NCBI GenBank assembly: GCA_021208605.1
Contig: JAJOJK010000017.1
Location: 17,872 to 81,871 of the forward strand
Length of the DNA stretch: 64,000 nt
DNA from: Candidatus Woesebacteria bacterium
Lineage (GTDB): Bacteria; Patescibacteriota; Microgenomatia; UBA1400; UBA1396
Direction of reading: 5' to 3'
Shown here: positions 16,802-26,141 of the stretch, piece by piece
How the letters are laid out: each line of letters opens with the position of its first letter
Position numbering within the stretch: the first letter of the stretch is position 1
Position numbers and translations under genes: made by a program
Notes under the pieces: model-generated
The model's input: only the letters and a program-made list of their open reading frames with translations
Database searches by the model: none
What the model was told of the DNA's origin: nothing

Positions 16802-17377
16802 TTATTTTTGTAGGAACTCCATCAACTGCCGCCGGCAATCATTTTTTGTTTGGCTGGCAATGTGTTGGTGCCACTCTTCGTTGGAAATTTCTGCCAAGGT
16901 TTTTCCAGGAAATTCAGCGGGAGAGTAGATCAGTAAAAGTTCTGTCCAGCCGCGTAAATTTTCTCCACGCGGTTCGTGGACGATTACCCCTGGTTCTTCA
17001 TCCATGAAGTAGTGATCTTGTTGGCCGTCGAATAAGCCGAGAGTAGAAATAAAACTGGCGCGACGGTCAGTTTGATCTTCCATCAATTTCAAAATGCCGC
17101 CAATTCCCAGTGTTTGTAGTACCGGTTTAACAAGTGGCCCCGGAAAACCATTGAGCGCGGGAATAGAAAACCCGCGGTCGTCAACGAGAACCGCCTTTCC
17201 TGGTAGGAGTTTTTTTGCTTGCTGAAGTTTGTGTCGAATGATTGCCTCACCGGTCATGAGTTGCAGTTCGTTCAGTTCAGTGGAATGCTGTTTCAGTGCT
17301 ATCGGCAGTTGTTGGAAGCGTCGCGCTAAACTGTCAAACTTCGCTTGATTGGTAGTAACGAAGAAAAGTTCTTGCAT
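16802..17377 (-). CDS. Ham1/ITPase-family non-canonical purine NTP pyrophosphatase
   Basis: FVTTNQAK, VDDRGFSIPALNGFPGP, GKTLAE. Confidence 0.85.
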   Translation of the reverse strand: MQELFFVTTNQAKFDSLARRFQQLPIALKQHSTELNELQLMTGEAIIRHKLQQAKKLLPGKAVLVDDRGFSIPALNGFPGPLVKPVLQTLGIGGILKLMEDQTDRRASFISTLGLFDGQQDHYFMDEEPGVIVHEPRGENLRGWTELLLIYSPAEFPGKTLAEISNEEWHQHIASQTKNDCRRQLMEFLQK

Positions 17378-17405
17378 GGGGGTATTGTAGCGCAACGAAT
17401 ACCTT

Positions 17406-18134
17406 CTACTCACCTGAAAACTCTTTCGAGTAAAAGATTTTTTCCTCCGAAAAAATAACTACATCTCGACGGCGAAAGGGAATGTGAATTTCTAAAGCAG
17501 CAAAAGTTTCAGACGGAGTGAAGTTCAAGCTCTTACCAGTATTCAAGAAAATTTCCACCCAGGTGTCTTTTTGGACTGCGTCGACAATATGGGCCTTTTC
17601 TTGAGCGAGCGCTTGCATCGCAGTTTCCATTTTTTCCGTCGAGTCTGAGCTCTGAGCCAGTATGTGCCTGGGTTCACTTCCCCAAGTTTGCAGATTCCAG
17701 TGGCCGTAGGAGCTCAGTATACTGCGGTTCTCTAGCTGGATCTGCACAATCGATCCGTACACAATAAACGCATCTACGATACGTTGGGTGTGCAGCAGCG
17801 CTAAATCTTTGGCGGCCTGTTTGGGTGAGATGGAGTGTTTTTGTGTCAGTTGGATGAGCACATGGACTCGGTCAAAACTGTACACTCTTTTTTCGTGACG
17901 TCGCTGAGAGAGTTTTGGGAGTCGATTTTCCAGATAGCTCTCCAGTTTGGCAGGGTAGATTTCTTGCGCCGTGTCAGGATATGAGTACAACTCAAAAGTA
18001 CCTTGTGGAGTTTCAATCCAATGCCGCCATATGCGACGGTGTGCCGGTTCAAAGTACATGACATCTTCGATTGATCCAATATGCCAGTGATCGACAACGC
18101 GTTGAAGAATGGCCGGCGAATAGATACTGTTCAT
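17406..18134 (-). CDS. Hypothetical protein
   Basis: ATG overlaps the DUF1653 stop (operonic); no motif recognised. Confidence 0.65.
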   Translation of the reverse strand: MNSIYSPAILQRVVDHWHIGSIEDVMYFEPAHRRIWRHWIETPQGTFELYSYPDTAQEIYPAKLESYLENRLPKLSQRRHEKRVYSFDRVHVLIQLTQKHSISPKQAAKDLALLHTQRIVDAFIVYGSIVQIQLENRSILSSYGHWNLQTWGSEPRHILAQSSDSTEKMETAMQALAQEKAHIVDAVQKDTWVEIFLNTGKSLNFTPSETFAALEIHIPFRRRDVVIFSEEKIFYSKEFSGE

Positions 18135-18352
18135 TCTTCCAACTTCCGAAATCTCGGCACTGTCTGTCCATCCACTTCTACAGATTCCAGAAACATTTCC
18201 AGCGGCCGCACCCACATGCTGGCGGTTTCGTTTTCGTAGAGCGAGACATACACTACCAGATCTTCCAGCGTTTCGCTGTGTTTGGCCACGCCCAAGACTA
18301 AGTACTTTTTGCCTTTGTAGTGTTGGTAGAGGCCGGTGGGGAGATTAGACAT
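18131..18352 (-). CDS. DUF1653 family protein
   Basis: GLYQHYKGKKYLV...HSETLE...WVRPLEMF...RF. Confidence 0.88.
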   Translation of the reverse strand: MSNLPTGLYQHYKGKKYLVLGVAKHSETLEDLVVYVSLYENETASMWVRPLEMFLESVEVDGQTVPRFRKLEE

Positions 18353-18823
18353 GAGTGTTTTCTAGATAGTTTTTTATTTTGTCTACGTACTTCATTCTCA
18401 CATCCGGTTCCGACAAATAACTTTTTTTCGTGAGCTCTTGATTAAACGCATCTCCTTCGTAGCGCGGAAATACGTGCATGTGGTAATGCAGCGCATGTTG
18501 ATCGCCAGCGGGTTCATTATTTTGGCGCAGAGTAATGCCGTCGCAGTGATAGGCTTCTTTGATCGCGATGCTCATCAATTTTGAATTTCAAAGAGACGGT
18601 GACCAACTTGACTAGGAGCAGAGTAGATATTCTCAAAATGCTCGTTTGGCACAATAATCACATGACCTTCATTTCCCTTGATCCAAAAAGAATTTATCCA
18701 CACGCTTACAAGATCGTCACGAAACACTAAGTCCGCTTGTTTGAGGAGCGTGTCGTCACTTTCGATACCTTGATTTCCTAGACAGATTGGGCAGATGTAG
18801 TTTTTGGGAGTGTTTATTTTCAT
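18345..18823 (-). CDS. HIT family hydrolase, split by a 1-nt frameshift near 18579-18585
   Basis: CPIC and GHVIIVPNEH in the first ORF; QNNEPAGDQ and HYHMHVFP in the second. One added base restores a single ORF. Confidence 0.85.
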
Positions 18824-19488
18824 CTCTCACCACTCTTCACAATACGCCCGTCTCTCACCACCGGGAAGAAGTCAAAAATACTTTCTTGCAGACACAGGTG
18901 GAAATCCTCTTCCGGGAATTTTTCATTGTTTGGATCTAAGAAATGGGTTTGGATCCACTCGTATTGGGCAATTGTGTTTTTCATATTTGCAAATGAGAGT
19001 GATTTTTCACCCAGCAGTGCCGAGTAGAGAGAGAGGGCGAACATATGGTCGTCATAGGCATCCATGGGGACAATCGTGATTTCTCGATCGGGAAATTGTT
19101 GTAAATACGAAACGAGAGCGCCCGCCATGACAAAGCTGCCAAAGAGTATTTCTTGCGCTTGTTTGGCATTGACTAAGCCTTGTGTGCCCGTTGAGCTGCG
19201 GTGAATGACTGTTTTCCCATCCAGATCATTTCTTCGGAGAATCTCGCTGGGTGAATTTCCGAGGTCAAAGCCAGGAATTATAATGCCTTTGTTCTCACCC
19301 ACCAGCAGCGTAGTATCATCATTTTTCAGTTGAAAGGCCTCTTCAGCAGTCGAAACCGGAAGAATAGAAGTTACTCCAGCATCAAGAAGATACGCCGCCA
19401 CAGACGCCGCTCGGAGTACATCGATTATTACGGCTATGTCAGTTGCTTGTTGGGCACCGTGTATGCCTGGAATAATCTGAATACGCAT
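18820..19488 (-). CDS. 2-phosphosulfolactate phosphatase (ComB) family protein
   Basis: VIIDVLRAAS, GE...FDLGNSP, SSTGT. Confidence 0.85.
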   Translation of the reverse strand: MRIQIIPGIHGAQQATDIAVIIDVLRAASVAAYLLDAGVTSILPVSTAEEAFQLKNDDTTLLVGENKGIIIPGFDLGNSPSEILRRNDLDGKTVIHRSSTGTQGLVNAKQAQEILFGSFVMAGALVSYLQQFPDREITIVPMDAYDDHMFALSLYSALLGEKSLSFANMKNTIAQYEWIQTHFLDPNNEKFPEEDFHLCLQESIFDFFPVVRDGRIVKSGER

Positions 19489-19535
19489 GTGTATACTTAT
19501 TGTATCGCAAAAAAACATTTTCTGGAAATACAACC

Positions 19536-20126
19536 GTGACCACCTTCACCCTCATCCGCCATGGCGACAAGCTTTTTTCACCGCTCGATCCGAGTTTGAA
19601 TGAACTCGGCCACGAACAAGCCCGCCGTACGGCCGAGTACTTAGCCGACCAACCAATCCAAAAAATCATTGCCAGTCCTTTGCGTCGAACGCAAGAAACA
19701 GCCCAGTATATTGCCGAAAAACTCAATTTACCGATTCACACCGACGAGCGTCTGCGCGAGCGCATTAACTGGGGAGATCGCCCCAATCAAACACGGGACG
19801 ACTTTGTGCAAACCTGGATTCAAACCAGTCGCGACCGCGACTATGTTCCGCTCGGAGGCCAGTCTTCCCGACAAGCTGGGGAGAGTTTTTTATCCGTAAT
19901 TACAGAGCAGATTGGTGCTCCTGAAGAACATATTGCGCTGGTTTCGCACGGCGGGATCATTAGCGACTTTTTGCGCAATATTTTTACTGAAGAGCAACTT
20001 GCGCCCATGAGTAAGAAATTTCCCAATGGCTTGGACTACGAAATCAAAGAATGTTCTCTCACCCAAATAAAGGTCGATACCGATTTTCAACTGATTTGTA
20101 TCAATGCCGTTGATCATTTGGTGTGA
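19536..20126 (+). CDS. Histidine phosphatase family protein (paralog of 4298-4903)
   Basis: LIRHGDK, LRERINWGD, VSHGG. GTG start. Confidence 0.88.
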   Translation: MTTFTLIRHGDKLFSPLDPSLNELGHEQARRTAEYLADQPIQKIIASPLRRTQETAQYIAEKLNLPIHTDERLRERINWGDRPNQTRDDFVQTWIQTSRDRDYVPLGGQSSRQAGESFLSVITEQIGAPEEHIALVSHGGIISDFLRNIFTEEQLAPMSKKFPNGLDYEIKECSLTQIKVDTDFQLICINAVDHLV

Positions 20127-20149
20127 TGGCCCATGCTACACTACATCTC

Positions 20150-20578
20150 ATGACACCATTCTTTCATACCTCTCGTCAGCGCACGTTGTTTCTCGGCATC
20201 ACTCTGGGCGTATTGTTGCTCGGTTTACTCGTGTGGAAGATTGCTGGAACCCAATCCCTCTGGGAACCAACCGGCACTCCATCAACGGCCAGCCAGGCTG
20301 AAGGCACACCCGTTGACTTGCCTCGTGAATACACCTTTACTGCCTCTGAAGCCATGACAGCAGAGGAACTCCTCAATTCGCAGGCGGAAGTGGAGTACCA
20401 AGACTTTGGCCCAGGCGGAAAATTTGTGCAGTCGATCAATGGTCTGGCGAGTGATGAAATGTATTTCTGGGGGTTTTATGTCAACGACGAATTTGCCCAA
20501 GCTGGGGTAAGTCAGACGCAACTGCAACCAAATGATACGATACGTTTTACCTATGAAAAAATTGAACCACTTCAGTAA
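20150..20578 (+). CDS. DUF4430 (transcobalamin C-terminal-like) membrane-anchored protein
   Basis: N-terminal TM; GKFVQSING...FWGFYVN...AGV...DTIRFTY. Confidence 0.8.
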   Translation: MTPFFHTSRQRTLFLGITLGVLLLGLLVWKIAGTQSLWEPTGTPSTASQAEGTPVDLPREYTFTASEAMTAEELLNSQAEVEYQDFGPGGKFVQSINGLASDEMYFWGFYVNDEFAQAGVSQTQLQPNDTIRFTYEKIEPLQ

Positions 20579-21062
20579 CCAAATTCTCGTCGCAGCTGGC
20601 GTTTTTGTCTGGCGAGCGGCGCGCGTCGCGGCGAACGTTTCTCCACTCGGAAGTTTCGGCTTTTTTGGGAGAGCACCAGTAGCCTACTTTGCAACTATCA
20701 TTGCGTTTGATTGGCTCGTAGGTGGTTTTTATAGTGGTTTTCTCTGGACCTATATCGCCTTTGCCGCGTATCCCATGTTTGGATACTTTGCTCGCGGTAA
20801 TTGGCGTCGCCAAGCAGTGTTGCTTCCTCTGGCTTCATTTGCCTTTTTTGCCATTTCGAATGCCGGAGTCTGGTGGCACTGGTATCCGCACACGTGGTCA
20901 GGATTGCTGACTTGTTATACGCTCGCATTGCCGTTTTATGTTCGGACTTTACTCGGCGATGTAACTTTTGGATATGGGTATTTGTTCTGTCGATGGCTCG
21001 TGCGCCAGAAAACTGGCAGTCATTGCACCAGAGTGTGCCCCTTTTTCGCCAAGCATAACTAA
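20553..21062 (+). CDS. DUF6580 / BtuM-like S-component membrane protein
   Basis: Hydrophobic; NVSPLG, FFAISNAGVW...YP...GLLTCYTLALPF. Confidence 0.7.
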   Translation: MKKLNHFSNQILVAAGVFVWRAARVAANVSPLGSFGFFGRAPVAYFATIIAFDWLVGGFYSGFLWTYIAFAAYPMFGYFARGNWRRQAVLLPLASFAFFAISNAGVWWHWYPHTWSGLLTCYTLALPFYVRTLLGDVTFGYGYLFCRWLVRQKTGSHCTRVCPFFAKHN

Positions 21063-21128
21063 CTTGTCTTTCCTTCCAGCCTGACTTATACTGGCGTTTC
21101 TCAATCAGCTGCCCAGAAAGAATGAGCT

Positions 21129-21656
21129 ATGTCGGCAGAGGTACCTATTTCACCATCATATGGAGTCACCGCTCTTTTTGTTGGTCAAAACGGAGAACTG
21201 TACGGCTTACCGCTGTTGCGTGAAGATTCAGCATGTCAGAAACGGGAAGCGTGGCGTACGGCGAGTACTGCCCAAACCATTGCACAGGGGCGGCTGTCAG
21301 ATTTTTCTTACGGTGCGGTAGGCGGGGCAGTGGCAGCCGGTGAAACCCCACGCGAGGCATTGCGTCGCGAGATGGTCGAAGAGCTCGGTGAGCTGCTGCA
21401 CGACGGTGTTTTTGCACAGGAAATTATCAATCAATTCGTCATTCGTACCCTAGTTCGTATGCCCAGTTTTTTTATTGATCAGTATAAAAATGAGAGTTTT
21501 CGCGGTCGTTTTACCGTGTGGTCGACACTCATTTTGTTAGATACGGAAATACAGAACAGCCTGCAGTCAATTTTGCATCCGCTCCGCGAATCAGAAATGC
21601 ATCTGTATCGTCCACTATTACAAGCCCTCTACCAGACTGTCACTGGTATTCGCTAG
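21129..21656 (+). CDS. NUDIX-domain protein
   Basis: GGAVAAGETPREALRREMVEELG Nudix box. Confidence 0.75.
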   Translation: MSAEVPISPSYGVTALFVGQNGELYGLPLLREDSACQKREAWRTASTAQTIAQGRLSDFSYGAVGGAVAAGETPREALRREMVEELGELLHDGVFAQEIINQFVIRTLVRMPSFFIDQYKNESFRGRFTVWSTLILLDTEIQNSLQSILHPLRESEMHLYRPLLQALYQTVTGIR

Positions 21657-21679
21657 GATTTTTCGTCTATACTGCGTGC

Positions 21680-22300
21680 ATGTCGGTGCCTTTTTTTCTT
21701 GGAATCGCGGGCGGTAGTGGATCAGGCAAGACTACGCTTGCGCAGAATATCTTAAAAAACATTGATTCAGAGTCTATCTCTCATATTTCCCATGATGCCT
21801 ACTACCGCGATCAGTCGCACATGCCCATGGAAGAGCGGGTCAAAACCAACTACGACCACCCCAGTTCACTGGAGACAGATTTATTGGTAAACCATGTTCA
21901 CCAGCTTCGCTCCGGCCAGGCGATTCAGCAGCCGACCTACGATTTCTCTCAGCATACGCGCGCAGAAGCTACCGCAGTTGTGCAGCCACGGCCTATCATC
22001 ATAATCGAGGGCATTCTCATTTTTGCCGAACCAGAATTACGAGACGCTCTCGACATGAAGATTTTCGTCGATACAGATTCGGATATCCGCTTTGCCCGTC
22101 GGTTGCTACGCGATGTTGCCGAGCGCGGCCGCACATTTGAATTTGGTATCGAACAGTATCTGACCTATACCAAACCCATGCACGAGCAGTTTGTGGAACC
22201 GTCCAAGCGCTATGCCGACTTGATCGTTCCGGAAGGCGGAAAAAACAGTCGCGCCATCGAGGTCATTTTGTCCCAATTGCAGCGCATAGTGGAGCAGTGA
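21680..22300 (+). CDS. udk: Uridine kinase
   Basis: GIAGGSGSGKTT, NYDHP, IEGIL, RRLLRDVAERGR, EPSKRYAD. Confidence 0.95.
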   Translation: MSVPFFLGIAGGSGSGKTTLAQNILKNIDSESISHISHDAYYRDQSHMPMEERVKTNYDHPSSLETDLLVNHVHQLRSGQAIQQPTYDFSQHTRAEATAVVQPRPIIIIEGILIFAEPELRDALDMKIFVDTDSDIRFARRLLRDVAERGRTFEFGIEQYLTYTKPMHEQFVEPSKRYADLIVPEGGKNSRAIEVILSQLQRIVEQ

Positions 22301-22312
22301 TACCATAGACAC

Positions 22313-23122
22313 ATGGAAAACCAATCTTCCCCCTCAACCCGTCAAATGCTCGCCTGGGCTATCTTGGGTGTGGCGATCTTAGCTGCTTTTGGTCTCGGTT
22401 CCTTTATTGGCAGTGGGTTTAACTGGGGAGTAGTGGCAGTGCGTCAAGCTCCCAGCATTACGGTGAGCGGTTTTGCGGAGCAGCAAGAGCAAAATCAGAT
22501 TGCTTACTTTACCGTGGGCGTTGATGAGACCGATCCAGACAAAAATACCGCCGTCGAAGCCGTTAACTCCGAAATGGGTAGCATCATTGAGCAACTGAAG
22601 TCGTTTGGTATTGCTGAAGAAGACATTCAGACCCAAAACCTGAGCATTTACAAAATGGAGCCACCCGTTTTTGAAGCGCGCACCATGATGGCACCCGCCC
22701 AACCTGGTGCAAGTGGTGTTGCTGAGCCAAGCTCAGATGGCAGTGTGTGGCAAGCCAATAACTCGCTCGAGGTTACCTTGCGCGAAGTTGACCGGGCCGC
22801 CGAATTAGCCGATCTCCTCGCTTCTACCGGAGCTACCAATGTGTATGGACCGCGTTTCTCCCTAGATGATCGTGAGTCCACCGAAGATGCCTTGCTCCAG
22901 GCTGCTATCGAAAACGCCCGCGAAAAAGCACAGCGTATAGCCGACAGCAGTGGTCGCCGCCTCGGAAAAATTGAAACAGTCGTTGAAGGTGCCAGCTCTG
23001 GTGGGGTGTACCCAATGTTTTCTCGAATGGAAGCCGCTGATGGCCTGGGTGGTGGCGCTGTCGTCGAGCCAGGAAGCACGCAAGTTACCAAGACGGTGAC
23101 CGTGACCTTCACACTCCGTTAA
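22313..23122 (+). CDS. SIMPL/DUF541 domain protein
   Basis: ITVSG, IQTQNLSI, AIENAREKA. Confidence 0.85.
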   Translation: MENQSSPSTRQMLAWAILGVAILAAFGLGSFIGSGFNWGVVAVRQAPSITVSGFAEQQEQNQIAYFTVGVDETDPDKNTAVEAVNSEMGSIIEQLKSFGIAEEDIQTQNLSIYKMEPPVFEARTMMAPAQPGASGVAEPSSDGSVWQANNSLEVTLREVDRAAELADLLASTGATNVYGPRFSLDDRESTEDALLQAAIENAREKAQRIADSSGRRLGKIETVVEGASSGGVYPMFSRMEAADGLGGGAVVEPGSTQVTKTVTVTFTLR

Positions 23123-23148
23123 TAGCACTCGGCGTGATTGATTGCCAA
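23122..23148. promoter_or_regulatory. CIRCE-like operator (orphan)
   Basis: ATAGCACTC-N9-GATTGCCAA versus consensus TTAGCACTC-N9-GAGTGCTAA (3 mismatches). Confidence 0.5.
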
Positions 23149-23253
23149 AAATGCCATTCTGTACAATTGCTTGATAAATAAGCAAAAATAGGCTGTCTTT
23201 CGCGGTTTTCCGCGTGCTCTGTGCACTGAGAAACCAGAGAATTCCCAAAAAAA

Positions 23254-23946
23254 CTACTGGTAGACGCGCTCGGCGAAGACCAGTTTGCGCTGGAGTGTGG
23301 TCCCTGGTGGCCAACAAGTCTGGAGAACAATGGTTTCAGTAGCGTATTCTTGTTGCAAAAAGTAGGTATCTTCCGGGTCAACCTCGACTGATTGTGTCAC
23401 CTGGTACTCAAACCGTTCGCCCTGGTGCCAGATAAATATTTCATCACCTGGTTCCAGTTTTCCTAGCAGGTAAAAAACAGCGTTGAACTGCGAACGAAAC
23501 TCTGGCGCAGAGGAGTGGGCGAAGTAGTAGCCAATTCCACCCGTATCCGGAAATGCAGTACTGGAAGCGTGCGCAATACCTTGGCGTAGAGCGGCGAGAT
23601 ACGATTCCGAGTCATTGGGATTGACGTTATAGATCACCGGCTCGTCCAAATAGATGGCTGGAATGACAATGCCGTTTTCGGTGTTTGTGGCGTTGAAGCC
23701 GCGGATATCAACCGAGATGTTGGGAATGAACAGTGAGCGCAGTGATCCGTCGCCCGTAAATACGGTGCTGAACAGGCGTCGATACTGGTACTTTGCTTCC
23801 ACTGCAACAACTGGACCAAACGTGAGTAAGAGCCACAAGAGTGCGCTGAGGAGTCCAACTGCAGCGATACTCAGCCAGAGAATTGGTGACTGCAACCACT
23901 GTATGCGAGAGTGTTGATAGCGTGCAGCTGGTTTGGCAGGTTTCAT
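23254..23946 (-). CDS. Sortase
   Basis: N-terminal TM; FAHS and LQTCWPPG...R catalytic motifs. Confidence 0.88.
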   Translation of the reverse strand: MKPAKPAARYQHSRIQWLQSPILWLSIAAVGLLSALLWLLLTFGPVVAVEAKYQYRRLFSTVFTGDGSLRSLFIPNISVDIRGFNATNTENGIVIPAIYLDEPVIYNVNPNDSESYLAALRQGIAHASSTAFPDTGGIGYYFAHSSAPEFRSQFNAVFYLLGKLEPGDEIFIWHQGERFEYQVTQSVEVDPEDTYFLQQEYATETIVLQTCWPPGTTLQRKLVFAERVYQ

Positions 23947-23986
23947 AGGTGGGCAGTACCTTTGTTTTCCGTTTCGGTATTGACGC

Positions 23987-25459
23987 CTAGGCGCGGAGCG
24001 CGCGGTAGCGAAGTAAGCCGACCGTGCCGATGATGCCACTAGTGATACCGAAGATGGTGAGGCCGGTTGGGGTGCCGGTGTCAGGTTGCTTGGTTAGTGG
24101 TTCGGTTTCAATGTACACCGTAGAGGTACACGTACCGTCGCCGCCCTGCCAGTTGCCTTGGGAGTCGCGGATGTAGCCTTTGACGGTGTAGGTGCCTGGC
24201 TGGTTGTACAGCTGTTCAAAGGTTTCGCCATCGGATTCTTTGACCACGCCGTTTCCGAAGTCCAGTTTGTATTTTTGAATGGCACCCTTGTTGTCGTAGC
24301 CAGTTACTTTGAACTGTACTGTGCTGGGCGATTCCTCGCGGTTACCAGACAAGATGAACAAATCGGAACATTTGGATTTATGGCTTTCGATAGAACGAGC
24401 TTTGATCGAGACGGTGCTTTCACAAGCGTTGCTCGAAATCCAGTTGCCTTTGCTGTCTTTGACATCGGCCCGGGCGGTGAAGTTGCCGGAGCTTTCGTAT
24501 GTGTGGCTGAATTCACCGGACTCGTTTTCTTCTTTGGTGCCGTCGCCGTAGTAGACGCGGTAGCGTTGGATGTCACCCAGGTTGTCGGTGCCTTCCACTT
24601 CGAACTTCACTGTGGCCGGAACAGTGCCCAAGTTGCCTTCGCGCAAGATCAAGTCTTGGCAGGAGCTGCGGTGCTCTTCACCGGCTTGCTCACGGCGAAC
24701 GCGGAAGCTGTCGGTGTTGCTACAGGCATCGATCGTGGTCGAGTAGCAGCGGAAGCGATACGAGCCAAAGTCTTTGACTTCATAGTTGCGGAGAACGCTG
24801 GTGTGTTTGGTTTCGGTGCTGTTATCTGGTTTGGTAATTTCGATTTTGGCGCCAGGCAAGAGGTCAGCACCATTTTTGGCAAAACAGTTGACGTCTACTG
24901 TGTCACCGATGGCGATGTTTTTGCTCGACATGTCGTCGCCGCTAATCCAGGTGTTTTCGCCTGATTTGCGGAACTGCGTATTTACTGGTTCGTAGGCGCT
25001 ACAGGTTTGGTCGTTTTCATCGTTGCCTGGGTTAGGACGATCGTTGCTACAGTCGCCGGAGTACCAGACCATGTAGTCGACGAGGTCATTGTCATCACAG
25101 ATCCAGTCGTTACCATCGCGGCATTGCGTATTGAAGACATCGATTTGCACAGTTTTGCCACATCCGACACCGCTCACCGATTGACGCAAGCTGAAATCAG
25201 ATTCGTTACTGCGACACTCGGTCTGGCGACCGTCACAAATGTAACGGACCACGGAAGCTTTGGGATACGAACAGGAGCCATCAAAAGTATTACAGTAACC
25301 GCCACATGTATTGTGTGTAGCCGAAGTGCCGGAGCCACAAAGATTGGTGTATTCGCCATTTCCGTAGGTCATGCGCGCCGAGGCCGTGCTGGCAAATGCG
25401 CCGAGAACAACGAAAGTGGTGATGAGAGCAGTGAAAAATCGAATGAATTTTTGTGTCAT
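23987..25459 (-). CDS. Cys-rich surface protein with two PKD-like repeats and a sortase sorting signal
   Basis: Signal peptide (ASA); YYGDG...HTY and LDFGNG...LY repeats; QPDTG, TM segment and RYRALRA tail. Confidence 0.8.
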   Translation of the reverse strand: MTQKFIRFFTALITTFVVLGAFASTASARMTYGNGEYTNLCGSGTSATHNTCGGYCNTFDGSCSYPKASVVRYICDGRQTECRSNESDFSLRQSVSGVGCGKTVQIDVFNTQCRDGNDWICDDNDLVDYMVWYSGDCSNDRPNPGNDENDQTCSAYEPVNTQFRKSGENTWISGDDMSSKNIAIGDTVDVNCFAKNGADLLPGAKIEITKPDNSTETKHTSVLRNYEVKDFGSYRFRCYSTTIDACSNTDSFRVRREQAGEEHRSSCQDLILREGNLGTVPATVKFEVEGTDNLGDIQRYRVYYGDGTKEENESGEFSHTYESSGNFTARADVKDSKGNWISSNACESTVSIKARSIESHKSKCSDLFILSGNREESPSTVQFKVTGYDNKGAIQKYKLDFGNGVVKESDGETFEQLYNQPGTYTVKGYIRDSQGNWQGGDGTCTSTVYIETEPLTKQPDTGTPTGLTIFGITSGIIGTVGLLRYRALRA

Positions 25460-25617
25460 ACTAATGGTGATTATAGGAGAGGCTTTCCTCCCTGGCAAGC
25501 GCTATCCGATAGTATCATTCATGAGGTGGTAACGGAAAAGTAAGTGGTTTCATATCCGTGAAATGTTACCTATACTATGAACTCCGTAATCAAATGAAAG
25601 AAGAAAGAGGAAAGCGC

Positions 25618-26136
25618 ATGTCAGAAGACATCACTCCCCCCAACCAATCAGGAAATAAGACGATGGGATTTGTTATCCTGGGCGTTTTAGCGGTAGCTGC
25701 TATTGGCGTTTTGGCGTATGACCAGCTCAAGCCAGCTGCATCGACCGAGATGGAGCAAGTAGAAACAGTAGAGGCTAACCAACCGAGTACCGCTGAGCAG
25801 AACATGGGTGCTGATGCTCCCGAAATGGCAGCAGATTCGAAGTATCAAGATGGAGAATACACCGTGATGGGTGAGTATACTTCTCCAGGTGGCCCAGAAG
25901 AGATCGAAGTAACTGTGCAATTAGAGAATGGTGTGATTGTAGATTCAGAAGTAGTGCCACAGGCAACAGCCCCGATTTCTGTCAAAATGCAAAATGATTT
26001 TGAGTCAGGATACGAGGAACAAGTAATTGGAAAGTCTCTTGATGAGGTTCAAGTTTCGAAAGTAGCGGGTTCATCCTTAACTCCGAAGGGCTTCAACGAT
26101 GCGCTTGAGAAGATTAAACAAGAAGCACGTGCCTAA
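25618..26136 (+). CDS. Membrane-anchored FMN-binding domain protein
   Basis: TM, YQDGEY...IEVTVQLENGVI, VAGSSLT flavinylation-like motif; adjacent to ApbE. Confidence 0.8.
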   Translation: MSEDITPPNQSGNKTMGFVILGVLAVAAIGVLAYDQLKPAASTEMEQVETVEANQPSTAEQNMGADAPEMAADSKYQDGEYTVMGEYTSPGGPEEIEVTVQLENGVIVDSEVVPQATAPISVKMQNDFESGYEEQVIGKSLDEVQVSKVAGSSLTPKGFNDALEKIKQEARA

Positions 26137-26141
26137 TCGGC

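Noticed and set aside
4298-21656. Classical integron cassette array
   Set aside because: Genes are in mixed orientation, there is no intI, and I could not build attC R/L boxes in the spacers.
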